From NCBI RefSeq assembly GCF_018350175.1, contig NC_058383.1, forward strand, positions 24,864,001-24,928,000: a stretch of 64,000 nt of DNA, given 5' to 3'. Under the pieces are notes generated by a model that searched no databases, had not been told where the DNA came from, and saw only the letters and a program-made list of their open reading frames with translations. The position numbers and the translations under genes were made by a program. Shown one piece after another: positions 1 to 12,077 of this stretch (position 1 is its first letter; every line of letters starts with the position of its first letter). The stretch is from Felis catus. Lineage: Eukaryota.

Positions 1-194
1 ACCAGGTAGTAAATATTTTAGGCTTTGTGGACCATCCCATCTCTGTCTCAATTAGCAATTCTGCTGTTGTAGAGCAAAAAGAGCTGTAGACAATATGCAG
101 ATGAAGGAGCATGGCTGTATGCCGTTACAACTTTAAAGCTTTATCTACCAAAATAGATGGCCAACCTGTAGGCCATGGTTTTTGCCAACCTCTG
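1..194 (+). mobile_element. MER58A-like hAT/Charlie MITE remnant
   Basis: 'gtaaatattttaggctttgtgg...ctgctgttgtag...tttgccaacctctg' resembles the MER58 consensus as recalled. Confidence 0.6.
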
Positions 195-839
195 TCCTAG
201 AGTGGAAAAAAATATTCTAGAATTTTTATTTGGGGTAAAATATAAATTATTATTTTTATAGAAAATGTGTCATTGAATACATTAATCTTTTTGGCTGGAA
301 CGAGGCAGAGGTTTTCCAACTGGGATCCGCAGTCATATTCTTATAAGTCCTTGTATTCTAAAATGCTTTTTCTTCCTTTAGTGTTTTCAAATCTGGGAGA
401 ATCCAAATATATTCAAGAAAGTAAATTCAGGACTATCTGGCTAAATACATCATAACCAGCTCTGCGAAAAGGCATTAGTGTCCACATTTGCTTTGATAGA
501 GTTTTTGTTTAAATCCCAATTGCGTAGCTTTCTAGCTGTGTACCTTTGGACAAGCTTCTTAAACTCTCTGAACCTCAGTTTCCTCTTTTGCAAAATGGGC
601 ATCACAATAATACCCACCTCTTTTTTCTTTTCTTTCTTTCTTTCTTTTTTTTTTTTTTTTTAGCCACCTCTTAAAATAGTTGTTATTATTATTACATCAT
701 GGTTCCTCTTCATCTTAACTCTTATTTCTCTGTTCTCTGTAAGCAGAGCTTCAGTTGGAACTAACAATTCAGAAAAACCTCAAATGTCAGTCTCTCTCTG
801 TTTCTGCATGATTTAGAAATGTTAAATATTGGCACTGAC

Positions 840-1050
840 CTGTTCGCATACAAGCCACGTTTATAAGCCACCACTCTGGGATACGGGGCAGAATCACAGC
901 CACTCGGTCTCCTCTCTTTAGGCCACAGGGCTTGATGAGCACGTTGGCAGCTTTTCGGGACAAGGAGCCCAGTTCTTCAAAGCTCCATTTCACCTCAGCC
1001 CCTTTGCCATTCACCCACCATAGGGCTGGGTTGGCTGGTCTCTCTCCTGT
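840..1050 (-). CDS. ACSM4: Acyl-CoA synthetase medium-chain family member 4, coding exon 2 (211 bp); gene continues beyond left edge
   Basis: CAG|ACA acceptor at 1051/1050, G|GTCAGT donor at 840/839; encodes [71 protein letters not shown], close to human ACSM4. Confidence 0.95.
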
Positions 1051-1554
1051 CTGGCCATGGGCACATGGAAAAGAGAGAAGGCTTATATGACTGGTCCACC
1101 AAATAGATGGGACATCTGCCATTACTTCTTCTCAGCACCTGTGCTGGTGGATTCTGGTAACAGCACCCTAGTTTGTCATTGGAGGACCTACTCCTCTCCT
1201 ATTGAATATAGCTTAGGTGAGACAACCCATCAGGGTAATTGTCCACCCACCAGTGAGAGACATGTGACCTATGTTGGGTGAATCAGACCTTCTGTCCCTG
1301 ATTTTGAGTTTTCTGAGAAGAACAAAAAGATAGAATATAGTTGAAACAAAATCTGTGTATGAGCTCTTGGTGCTTCTATATCTCCAGGGAGCTATCCTGG
1401 TTCCTGTTCTTGCTGAAACTGACTGTCCAGCTTGCAACCCATTTTTGTGAGCACTCCTATGTCCAATAAATTTCTTTCTTGCTTAAAATAGATTCTGTGC
1501 CATCCAAATAACCCCAATGGTTGTACTAAGGTTGATTAGGAACAAAGCATCTTT

Positions 1555-1563
1555 TTCTATCTG

Positions 1564-1612
<49 letters not shown>

Positions 1613-1803
1613 TTTTTAGGGAGAGCACACACACGTGTGCCCACATGACTGGGGGGAGTGGCAGCGAGAGGGGGAGAGAAAATCAAGCAGGTTCCACACT
1701 CAGCATGGAGCCTGATTTGGGGCTCAGTCTCATGACACTGTGATCATGACCTGAGCTGAAATCAAGAGGCAGATACTTAACCAACTGAATCACCCAGGTA
1801 CCC
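1555..1803 (-). mobile_element. CAN-SINE whose tail is a (TCTA)n microsatellite (about 1555-1612)
   Basis: Reverse-complement SINE body ('tcatgacctgagctgaaatcaagag...cacccaggtaccc') next to a TCTA array. Confidence 0.8.
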
Positions 1804-2057
1804 AACATCTTTTTTTTTACCCAAAAGACTGAGGGATGGTTTTCAGAGAAAACAAAAAATAGGATGGTGGGCCTTTGGGGGAGGCTCATCAACCGATGGA
1901 TTTTTGAAGGAAACTTCTCCTATGATTCTACAAAATACACTGTCTATACTGAAAAACCTCTTCACTTTGTGAATTACCCAAAAAAAATTACTCCTCTTTT
2001 CTTCCCTTTTCTGGAACTCTCTTTTTACCTTCTCTGGTTAGAAAATATTTCAAAATT

Positions 2058-2270
2058 GGGGCACCTGGGTGGCTCAGTCGGTTAAGTGTCTGACTTCGTC
2101 TCAGGTCATGATCTCACACTCCGTGAGTTCAAGCCCCTCGTCGGGCTCTGTGCTGGCAGCTCAGAGCCTGGAGCTTGCTTCAGATTCTGTGTCTCCCTCT
2201 CTCTCTGCCCCTCCCCTGTCTCTCTCTGTCTCAAAAATAAATTTTAAAAAATTTAAAAATTTAAAAAAAG
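2058..2270 (+). mobile_element. Felid-type CAN-SINE
   Basis: ggggcacctgggtggctcagtcggttaag head, CT-rich region, A-rich tail, TSD tatttcaaaatt. Confidence 0.9.
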
Positions 2271-3344
2271 TATTTCAAAATTCAATTTCAATTTCACTTC
2301 CTCTCTGAAGCCTTTCTCAGCCTCCTCTTCTCTTCTCTGACTTCTCTGTATTCCCACAGCATTGTGCTCAGATGCCAGATGACTGTGTTATATTGTATCA
2401 TAATCCCTACCCTATGGGTGTAAGATTAGGGTCTGACTCATGTACTCTTGGGACTGGTGACCTTGGATAAGGAGCTTAACTTCTATGAGGTTAACTTCCT
2501 TATTTGCAATCCCCCAGCATGGTGATGGGGATTTGGTGAAATAATATAGGTCAGTATTTCTTAATCTTTAGTCATTTGAGTATCACTACTTTTGTCAGAT
2601 CTGTTTACACCTGTGCTATTGTTCTTGGTATTTTTCTTTACATTCACTCCTTTTTACTTGTATACATTTACTTAAGAAGGAAAATGTGTTTGGCTATTAT
2701 TGGTAAAACCAGTACTGCTTGCTAAAAATAGGTTACTGAAAAATAAATATATTGAAAATAAAATATGCCCTTAAATTTTGTCTAGAGATATTCAACTTCT
2801 ACCTGCTCTTTCTGTTCAAAAGAGAGTTTAACAAGTGTAAAAGAGCTGTTAAAGATGTAATGGACTTAAAGGAACACTTTCCCCTTAATTTAATAGGAAA
2901 GATTGATTCAATGTTATTTAATATTTTGTATATCTAGTACCTGCATCTTTTGAGGCACAGGTCCTTGCAAATGACTATTATTATTAAACCAAAGCTCAAA
3001 TTACTGTTTTTTCCATAAATCTGTAGCTAGCCTGAACAGATGAATGGAGAGCAAAGAGCTGCTGAAGGAAATGAAAGAAAAGAGAAAATGAAGGAAAAGA
3101 GGCAGGGCTCTGTGAGTAACTACCATGAAGGGGTCTGAGGAAGATCCAGAGAAAGACAGTATGTGGAGTTGAGGATCAAAGATCTTCCCTGGGGAGAGAG
3201 AAGAGCAAGTGGAAAACAAACAAAGGAGACCCAGAGGGATGAAAGAACTGAATTAAGAGTGACAAATGGACCACAGAACAAGGAAATGGAAGGCTGAGAC
3301 ATAGGTGGATACCAAGCATCCAATGGAAGCCTATCGTGTCATAC

Positions 3345-3542
3345 CTTTTCTTTTTGGGACCACTGGTCCAGCACATCCCCAGCAAAGTTAAAGTTTTTAG
3401 GCAATGATCTCTCACAGCGATTTATGGCTTCAAAGTCAGCAAGAGTCAGAGGTGCCCAAAGCTGGTGATCTTTGTGAAGGTACCGGCCAGTTGGCTTGGC
3501 AAGCCAAATGAATCTGAACATCTGATAGCGGAAAAAAATCAT
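3345..3542 (-). CDS. ACSM4: ACSM4 coding exon 1 (198 bp)
   Basis: ATG at 3542; MIFFRYQMFRFIWLAKPTGRYLHKDHQLWAPLTLADFEAINRCERSLPKNFNFAGDVLDQWSQKEK then AAG|GTATGA donor; phase 0 joins exon 2 in frame; close to the human ACSM4 N-terminus. Confidence 0.95.
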
Positions 3543-3674
3543 GATTTCCAAAGGGCTTTGTCAACTGATATGGATGTGGAAGTTCTGTAGCCTGTGGGGA
3601 GAGATGGGTAGGGGGAGCGTTAGTCTCTCTGGTTGCTCTGTGGTGAGACCGGGGAGTGGACTTGTGGCTGTGTG

Positions 3675-3686
3675 CTCCCCAGGGAG
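3675..3686. promoter_or_regulatory. Candidate Olf-1/EBF (O/E) site about 130 bp upstream of the ACSM4 ATG
   Basis: CTCCCCAGGGAG matches YTCCCYRGGGAR exactly; a second match TTCCCTGGGGAG lies at 3185-3196 in intron 1. Confidence 0.4.
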
Positions 3687-5379
3687 TTGGGGAACACCTG
3701 AAAAACACTCATCCTTTTTCAGGGCTGTGGCAGTCAGCCATGGACTAGTCTCCCTACCACTGACCTCTCCTCTTCGTTCTGTCTGTGATCAGGTTATTCT
3801 TCAAAACAAAACAAAGCTGACAACTATAGAATTGTCAAGCTTCCATTTTTCGTCCCTATCTTCTCCCCCAACCAAACAATAGGCAAACAGTATTTTGCTG
3901 CCTCAATAGACATTCAAGCCCTGCTTCTGTCTGCCTCGTACTCTATTCTAACTGTATTTTGTAACTCCTCTACTTGAATTTCCTCTTCTAGTTAAAGCAG
4001 TCCACTTATTTTCATGAATGCCTATTTCTAGCTCTAAGATTTAGTCTGTCATTCACCTTTTCTCTGGCTTCCCTACTTTCTTCTCCCCTCAGTCCTTCAT
4101 TATAATTGGTTAGAAACCTTGATTTAAGTCCTGGCTCAGCAACTTTCTGATAATAGGACTTTGGGTAAATCACTTACCCTTCCTGCACCTCCATTTTCTC
4201 ATGTGTAAAATGGAGGAGGGGAGGAATATAATACCTCTCTCCTAGGGTTATTATGAGGATTTAATAAGATAATGTGTGTAAAATAACCAGCATGTAAAAA
4301 GTACCTTCAAAGTGTTAACTAACGCTTTAAGATTATTTTCATTAGTACTATGGTGGCATTGGTTCATGAAGTAATTTTACTTTATGAATCAGGAGACCTG
4401 GACTTTACTCTGAACTCTTTCAGAATTAGCTTTGTGACATTGGTAAAGCCACCTCCCACTGCCATCTGTAATTTAACATTTTTTAATAATACTGTTATTT
4501 CTTCCTTTGAATTTCCATCATATGCATCAATATTCCTTACATGACAGGTTTCTAGCTTATATTATTAATTGTTGTTTTCAATATATGGGCTTTGTCTCTG
4601 TAACCTACCTAAATGGTGTGGGTACAGGCTACGCATTGCATCCTTGGTACTTAACATGACCTACAGAGCCATCTTTAATAACAGAAGCCAATGTTTATTA
4701 AGTGCTTGCTGTAGACCAGGCATTTTGCACTCCTGATATCATTCAGCATTCATGGCAAGCTTTTGAGGCTGGTGTCATTATTATCTCCATTTTAAAGATG
4801 GGGAAACTGAGACCCATGTAGACTTAAGTAGTGTGCCCAAGGTCATCCATCTTATAGTGGCAGAGGCAAACTTTGGACCTGTTTGATCTGTCCTCAGAGC
4901 TTGTGTCCTCAACCTCTTTGCTATTCAGCCTCCCTTGTGCTGCCTTCTTCGATCAAAGTTTCTTGCTGATGAATATTGCCTTTCAGTCCTACTTAGTTGC
5001 CTTGTATGGAGTGGAAAAATCTGCAGGTGCTAAGGGTGCCTGAGTCTGCCACATGGTGATAACATAAATAGTAGAACAAAGGGTGTAGGGTGTACCATCC
5101 CTTCATTTTTGCCAAGCCTTCTTTGCTGTTCAGAGAGACGTCTGGAGAAGCGAAAGCCTATTTGGTGCAAATGCAATTTACTGTATCCCAGGAAGAGCTA
5201 ATTATGGCAATACCATTGGCATTAAACTCTCCATTATGTCAAGGAAGACAGACGAGGGATCACCTGGGCAAGTGTGGTGGATGTAAAAAGAGTAGAGAAG
5301 GGCAGGGAGAGGGAGAGTATTGGGGGCCATGTTTATGATTTAGCATTTTACTGAAAGTGAGACCCCCACTTCTCCCCTA

Positions 5380-5389
5380 AACACACACA

Positions 5390-5438
<49 letters not shown>
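5380..5438. repeat. (CA)n microsatellite
   Basis: Directly visible. Confidence 0.95.
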
Positions 5439-5440
<2 letters not shown>

Positions 5441-7896
5441 CACATGCTTGCATCCATGCTTGTCTCTCTGCATGCCCTTTGCAAATTGCTTAGCATTTCC
5501 AAGTTTCATCACATTTGTGCAATGAGAGTAATGGAAGTACCTTCTTCACTGGCTGGCTGTGGGGTTAAAATGAGCACTCTAGCACATTGCCTGGTGGGTG
5601 GCTTGGACTCAGTAAATGCTTCACATTAAGAATCAAACTTCAAAATTATTTATGGCAGAAGGCTTTAGCTGTTTGATATCCAAAAAAACAAGCAAACAAA
5701 AAGACAAAAAACAAAAAACAAAAAACCCAAACTAGAAAAGCTGTTGGATTGGAGCTATCGATATTTTGGTGGCTTATTTTGCCTCTTTTATGCCCTGTCA
5801 CTGTGCTCAGGCTCTTGGGGCTGAACTGAGCCCCCATCAGTCTGAAGCATTCTAGCCTTCATTTCCATCATTTTGACCTTTCTTGGTCCTAGTTTAATGA
5901 TGAATTAGAAAGATTCTCAAGACATGAGATACTTGGAACATTCTTGCTTCCTAAGAAGAATAGTGCAGATAATAGAGCAGATAGTTTTAATGCACATCTC
6001 CTTCATCTTCTCCTCCAAATTGAAAAATGATTTTTCATGAATTGTTCTGATTTCCCATACCTCTGTAACCTATCTAGATGGTGTGGGTAGAGGCTATACA
6101 TTGCAACAACAAATCAAAACTAAATAAAAAACTAACAATAAATCAAAAACTAAATATCATAAAACAGATTTGATCTGAATATACACTTTAGCATTACCCA
6201 TGTTATGTGCCTAATCAGTGAAATAGGTCTTGCATATGCAAACATAATCATTACTAATAAAATACAAATCAAGATATCACAGAGTAGAATTTTTCAGTTA
6301 AACTGTAAAATTGTTTTGCCAGTAACATTTCTTCTTTCTATCTCTTTGGTCTGCTTTTGATTTTCTGAGATTTGTATGGATAGGCCTTTAAGGAGACCGC
6401 GAATCTCTGAGGAGCCGCCATTTTGCATTGAACATAGCCATTTCCTGGCTTTGGATCCTGTGGGAAGTCCATATGATTCCAGGGTCAAATATGAGAATCA
6501 CTGAGTTTTTTAGGTCAAGACATTATCTATGTAGAAATTAGTACATACACATGTTTAACAAAATATTTCCAGATGATATCTGTAAAAGTGAGAGATTCGA
6601 AATAGGTGATTTTTAAAGTCTTAGTGATTTCCAATGTGTTAAGGGAAACTTTAACAGTGGAAAGATGTTTAGGCAATTGGTGTGCATTCAGCACTGTGAA
6701 GTATTTTTATGCACTATCTTGTTTAATTCTCTTAACACCTCTTGGACGCAGGCATTTTGTTTTACATATAAAGTGACCAAGGCACTGAGAGGTAAGTGAT
6801 TTACCAAAAGCTATTCATCTAGCTAGCAGCATCAGTTCTAGCCTGCATTTCTTGTCTCCAAAGGCAATCCAAGGAAATGCTATCATAAATATTTGTTATA
6901 TTTCTATCAATCTTTGTAAAGTAGAAGAGTCAATTTTCCCATCAAAGAGACTTTTATTCAGTGTTGGATCAGCACTTATCCGATTATAGCAAGGCAGTGT
7001 GACCTCTCTTACTGCTGTTCTATACATTTAAACACACTTGCACAAGTTCTCATTATTAGAGTCACTTCCATGTTACAACATGCATTATTTCTCTTACCCA
7101 AAGATGGTATTATTGTTCCAGAAAGGCCTTCGACTCCTTCATAAGACTCAGCTCTGCATCAGCCAAGAAATTGGTTCCTTCCTTCTTTTCTTTTGGTGGC
7201 ATCTGTTCCATTGTAGTCCTGAGACTCTGGTGCACAATTGGGAGGATCATAATCCCTTGGGAGGGGAGTTGACGTTTCTCTGGACAACCTGTGGTTAAAG
7301 GGACAGCAGCTTATAAGAGACACCTAGGAGGGGAGAGAGGAAATGCAGGAACAACTTCCCTTTATGGTTCAGTGCTAAGCCCCAGCACATTAGTGGATTA
7401 TTCTTGTCCATGGAGTTGATAATATCAAGTTCCATTGTGCTTAGATGACCTATAATCAGAGCCTCATGGCATGATTTCCAAACAGTCTAGAACATTGGCA
7501 TGCTTGACTATTGTGATATAGCTGGATGTAGCTTGGCAAACCTGGAAAAGGACAGCTAAAGGAATCATATCTGAAGTCACACCTCACTACTAGGTGACTG
7601 TCCTGACATTATCTCACTTGGAAATAATTTTGAGAGAATGTTACTGACTGGTTTGAATATAAACTTTGCCTGCTTGTACCTTTGTGGATGTCAGTTGCTG
7701 GCAACAAGGATTGGGTTTCATGAAGTCTGTGGCTAAAAGTTGCTTGTTGATGACAATGATCAAACAGTGACATTTTTCACCTTCAGAGTTCATTGTTACC
7801 CCACATGATATCCAGAAGAGAGTATCTCTCATGGGCTCAGACATCAACAGGGCTCCTTGGTCCTTTAACGAATAAAGGCCAAGACCGAGCCCAGGG

Positions 7897-8055
7897 TGGT
7901 AGACTGAATAAAGGCACTCCAAAGATATCCATGTCCTAATCCCCAGAAACTGTATGTTACCTAATACAGCAAAAGGGAATTTGCAGGTGTTAAGGATCTT
8001 GAGATGGGGTGATTATCCTAGCTTATCTGGGTGGGCGTGATGTAATATAAGAGGC
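7897..8055 (+). mobile_element. MLT1-type MaLR LTR fragment
   Basis: 'gtggtagactgaataa...aaagatatccatgtcctaatccccagaa...gatcttgagatggggtgattatcct' resembles the MLT1 5' end. Confidence 0.65.
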
Positions 8056-9403
8056 TGATATCACCTGGCACAGCACCTGGAAAATAGCACTGGTTCAACC
8101 AATAACAGTGCTCATTAGGAGGTGGCAATCTCCTCCCTTGCACATTCCATCCCCCTGGGTAGGGGTGTGTGTTAGAGAGGTTTCCTAGAGGAGATGAAAC
8201 TTGAGTTGGGCTTTGGAAGATGGCAGGACTATGAGTAGGTGGAAAAGAGAGCAGGCAGGCATCTCAGAAATGGACCACAACATGGAGAAGGCCCAGCTAT
8301 ACCTGGATCTTCCGTGGTTTGGCTGATCCATACATTCTTGATTCACCAAGCCAGAAAATTCTTTTCTCCCCTCAAGCAATATAGTTTGGGATTCAGTTAC
8401 TTACAATCAAAAAAGTTATTGACTAGTATAGTTTTGGTTCCTTCCAGTTTGTGGGCTAGAAATGGAGTTAGAAGTCAACCAATCTATTTCACTTCGGTGG
8501 CACCCCCAACTCCTGTGTGCCCCAGAATCTTCACTTCCTATAGATCCACTACAACATCACCAGGTAGCCATCCTAAATACCTCTTCTTTAAAAAACATTT
8601 CCTATCTCACACATCACCTTCCTTACCACCACTAGGGTATAATCAACTACTCCCTCTTTAAACTTGTCACATGACATGCAACAGTTTGGTGGCTAACTTC
8701 TTTAAATACCTCTTCCCCAGAATGTAATGGCCTCCAGGACAGGTGCCATGTCTTATTCATCCATGACACCTTCATTCCTACTGCATAGCCTGCAATATTG
8801 TAGTGTCAACTAATTATCTGCCCCCCCTCCTTTGGCTTGTCTCTGTGTAGAGTTGATATGGTTCTTATCAGTCTCCTTGAATTTCTGAAGAGGATGTCAG
8901 TCCAACTCCCACCTCAATGGGCTATCTTGACTTAGTGGCTGTGTTATAGTTATGTGTCTGCTTCTAAACCTTCAAATAATTTGCTATTATCAAAACTGTG
9001 TATTGCTGAGATGTATATTGCCTCGGGCACAGAAATGAACCAAAGAGAAATTCATTGCTGAATTTAGTGTAGAATGACAAATATGATGTTCACAGGAAGA
9101 TGCAGGAGAAAACTTTCTCTCTGACCTGAATATCAGGAAAAAATGGGATTTTTTTCTAGACACCTGGTCTGTATTTGTCATATGGACACTACATGTGCCC
9201 AATCATGCCTCTTTCCCTCTTTCATCTGGATGGAGGAAAGCTCTAGCCAAATTTCTGGCACACTTCTGGAAAATGGATAGGTCTTTGTGGCATACATTTT
9301 ATATACTCATCTCACTCTGGTTTTTCATCTGGCTTTTCTACCCTATTTTGTATTCATTATATATTCATTTCCTACCCTATTTTGTATTCATTTCCTCAGT
9401 TCA

Positions 9404-9622
9404 TTTTTTTTTAAGTTTTTAAAAAATTTTTATTTATTTTGAGAGAGACAGAGGCAGTGTAAGCAGGGTAGGGGCAGAGAGATGGAGAGAGAGAATCCCA
9501 AGCCGGCTCCACACTGTCAGTTCAGAGCCTGATGTGGGGCTTGAACTCATGAACGTTGAGACCATGACCTGAGCCGAAACCAAGAGTGAGACGCTTAACT
9601 GACTGAGCCACCCAGGCGCCCC
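9404..9622 (-). mobile_element. CAN-SINE
   Basis: Reverse-complement SINE ending ...gagccacccaggcgcccc. Confidence 0.9.
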
Positions 9623-11367
9623 AGTTCCTTTTTCTAAAGAAAAATATTTTATTCCATACCTCTATAACCACAATTATTTCCTGATTAGGCACTGCACAGC
9701 TTTTCAACTTTGGTATCATATTAGTGATAGCCACCATCATCCCCTTCCACAATGCTTTTCACACAGTTCTTATCAAAAAAAGAGATTGAATCCATTCTTT
9801 GTTCTATTTACCTGAATATCATTTTAATAAGAATTTTTATTTTAGAATAGTTTCAATATACAGAAAACTTGCAAAGACAGTACAGAGAGTTCCAGGGAAT
9901 GTTATTTCCTTGGCTAGACTGGGGTCACTGCTGTTGGGGAAGAAGATCACAGCAGTGCCATATCAAGGGTGCCTGCTATTAACTTGACCTGTCGCTGATG
10001 ATGTTAACCTTGATCACCTGGCTGAGGTAGTGATTTTTAGGTTGCTCCACATGGATGATGTCATGATAGTCATATAGTTGAGGAGATAGGCTATTCTAAG
10101 AAGTTGGTTGTTATGCAGACGATCCTAGATATCTGCCTCACTTATTACATGTTTTTTTACACACAAGTCTCAGGGCCAGGAGCTGGGGTTGTGAGACAGT
10201 ACTCAGTATTCTCTCTCAAGGATGTCATGAAAAACAATCACTAATTCCTGGACGACTCGCTCTTGAATTCCACTTCTCAGATATTTTCTCTCCTTACTGC
10301 TTTCATTCAAAATTTGGGGCACAGTCATCCAACCATGTTCACTTGGGATCCATTTGTCTCTTTGAGCATCTCTGAGGTCTTTGCTTCGTTGGGATTGTAA
10401 GAGCTGAATTCTCCTTCCTACAAGGGGCAATATGTACTCTATGCTTTTTCACTTGGTTACACAAGTGTCCTACGGGAGCTTTTTACCTAAGCAAGGAAGG
10501 CAAGGTAACAAGCCACCACTGTTAAATTGCCACCAGCCCTCTAATGGTTCCTTTGGAAGGTCCAAGATTTCATCCAGTGATGACAATCACCAGGGACCTT
10601 GTTATGCTGGAGACCTCAGGGAGTATATGGACATGCAGCTTGCACCATTAGCTAGGCCTTTTGGGAACATACTTCATCGCTGGCAAGTGAGAGGTAGTAC
10701 TTATAATCCAGCATAGGTTTTGAGGGGGAGATTGCAAATTATATCAGAATCGACAATCTACACTTAACCCCTTAGGTAAACTTACTGGATCAGAGGCTGA
10801 GAATGTTGAATCACTCCTCAGGGTTCGATAAGAATAAGAATCCAGAAGATAGGCATCTAAAACCCCCCAGAGATCTGTTTTGCTTGGAAACTGTCCACAT
10901 AGTAATAACAACTATCCTTTACATGTATATAGTACTTTATAATTTCTTGAGATCTCAAATGCTATTATTTCAGGTAATCCTCACAAAAAGCCTATGAAGT
11001 AGGCACTACTAGTACTATTTTATAAATGAGGAAACTGGAACTCTGAGAGGCTAAGTAGTTGCCTCAGCCTACGTATTATTTTAATGCTTGATTCTTTCTC
11101 TTTGTTATTGTCATCAATTTCCAGCATCATGAGTTGGGGCTCTTGCAAACTGTAATGATGACAAACGAATTTTTTTGACTAATAAATTTTTGAAATAAGA
11201 TTGTAAACTGAAATATATAATTATATATATTAATGTATACACACACACAACACACACACACACACGCACAGTGTTTCAGTCTAATGAAGTAATTTTTTTT
11301 TTTTTTTTATAGCTTGAATAGTCTCAGAGTGATTCATGGGAGCCCGTTCAGTCTGGCTTCTGTTGTT

Positions 11368-11400
<33 letters not shown>

Positions 11401-11865
11401 ATATGACCTGTTGACTGACCTCATCAGTCTTTGAAAGCTTGCTTGCTTTCTGGCACAATGAGATGTCCCAGGCTTATTTTGTACATTTCTTGTCAAGGTT
11501 CTAAAATCAGCCATTTTTCTAAGGAGTCCTGGTTTCTTTCAATGAAAAATGATATTTTACAACCAGTTAATTAACATCCACTTGCTGTTGTGCTTTATTA
11601 ATATAAGAATGACTGACTAATCAGATTTGGCCTTATAGTATAGTATTAGAACAGTGACTGGGGCATTTTGGCCAATAGTGCACTATATCAGAAAGGGTAT
11701 AGCTCATAGCTATTAAATAAAATAAATGAGGTGGTACTGTTACTGTCTTTGTCACCCTTGGATGAGATGGCACATACATTAAATGATAGTTGACCATGAG
11801 TTGCAGTATTTTCTATGCAAACATACCAGTTAGAGTAACAAATGTTGTTACCATTGACTGTATTG

Positions 11866-12077
11866 TTTTTTAAAAAGTGTATTTATTTTGAGAAGGAGAG
11901 ACTGCATGCACGAGCAGGTGAGGGGCAGAGAGAGAGAGGGAGAGAGAGAATCCCAAGCAGTCTCTGTGCTGTCAGCACAGAGTCCGACACGGGGCTCAAT
12001 CCCATGAACCCTGAGATCATGACCTGAGCCAAAACCAAGAGTCAAATGCTTAACCGATTAACTCACCCAGGCACCCC
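11866..12077 (-). mobile_element. CAN-SINE inserted in the RGS-like relic
   Basis: SINE body flanked by TSD taccattgact. Confidence 0.9.

Noticed and set aside
2058..2130. tRNA-like A/B boxes
   Set aside because: Head of a tRNA-derived CAN-SINE, not a tRNA gene
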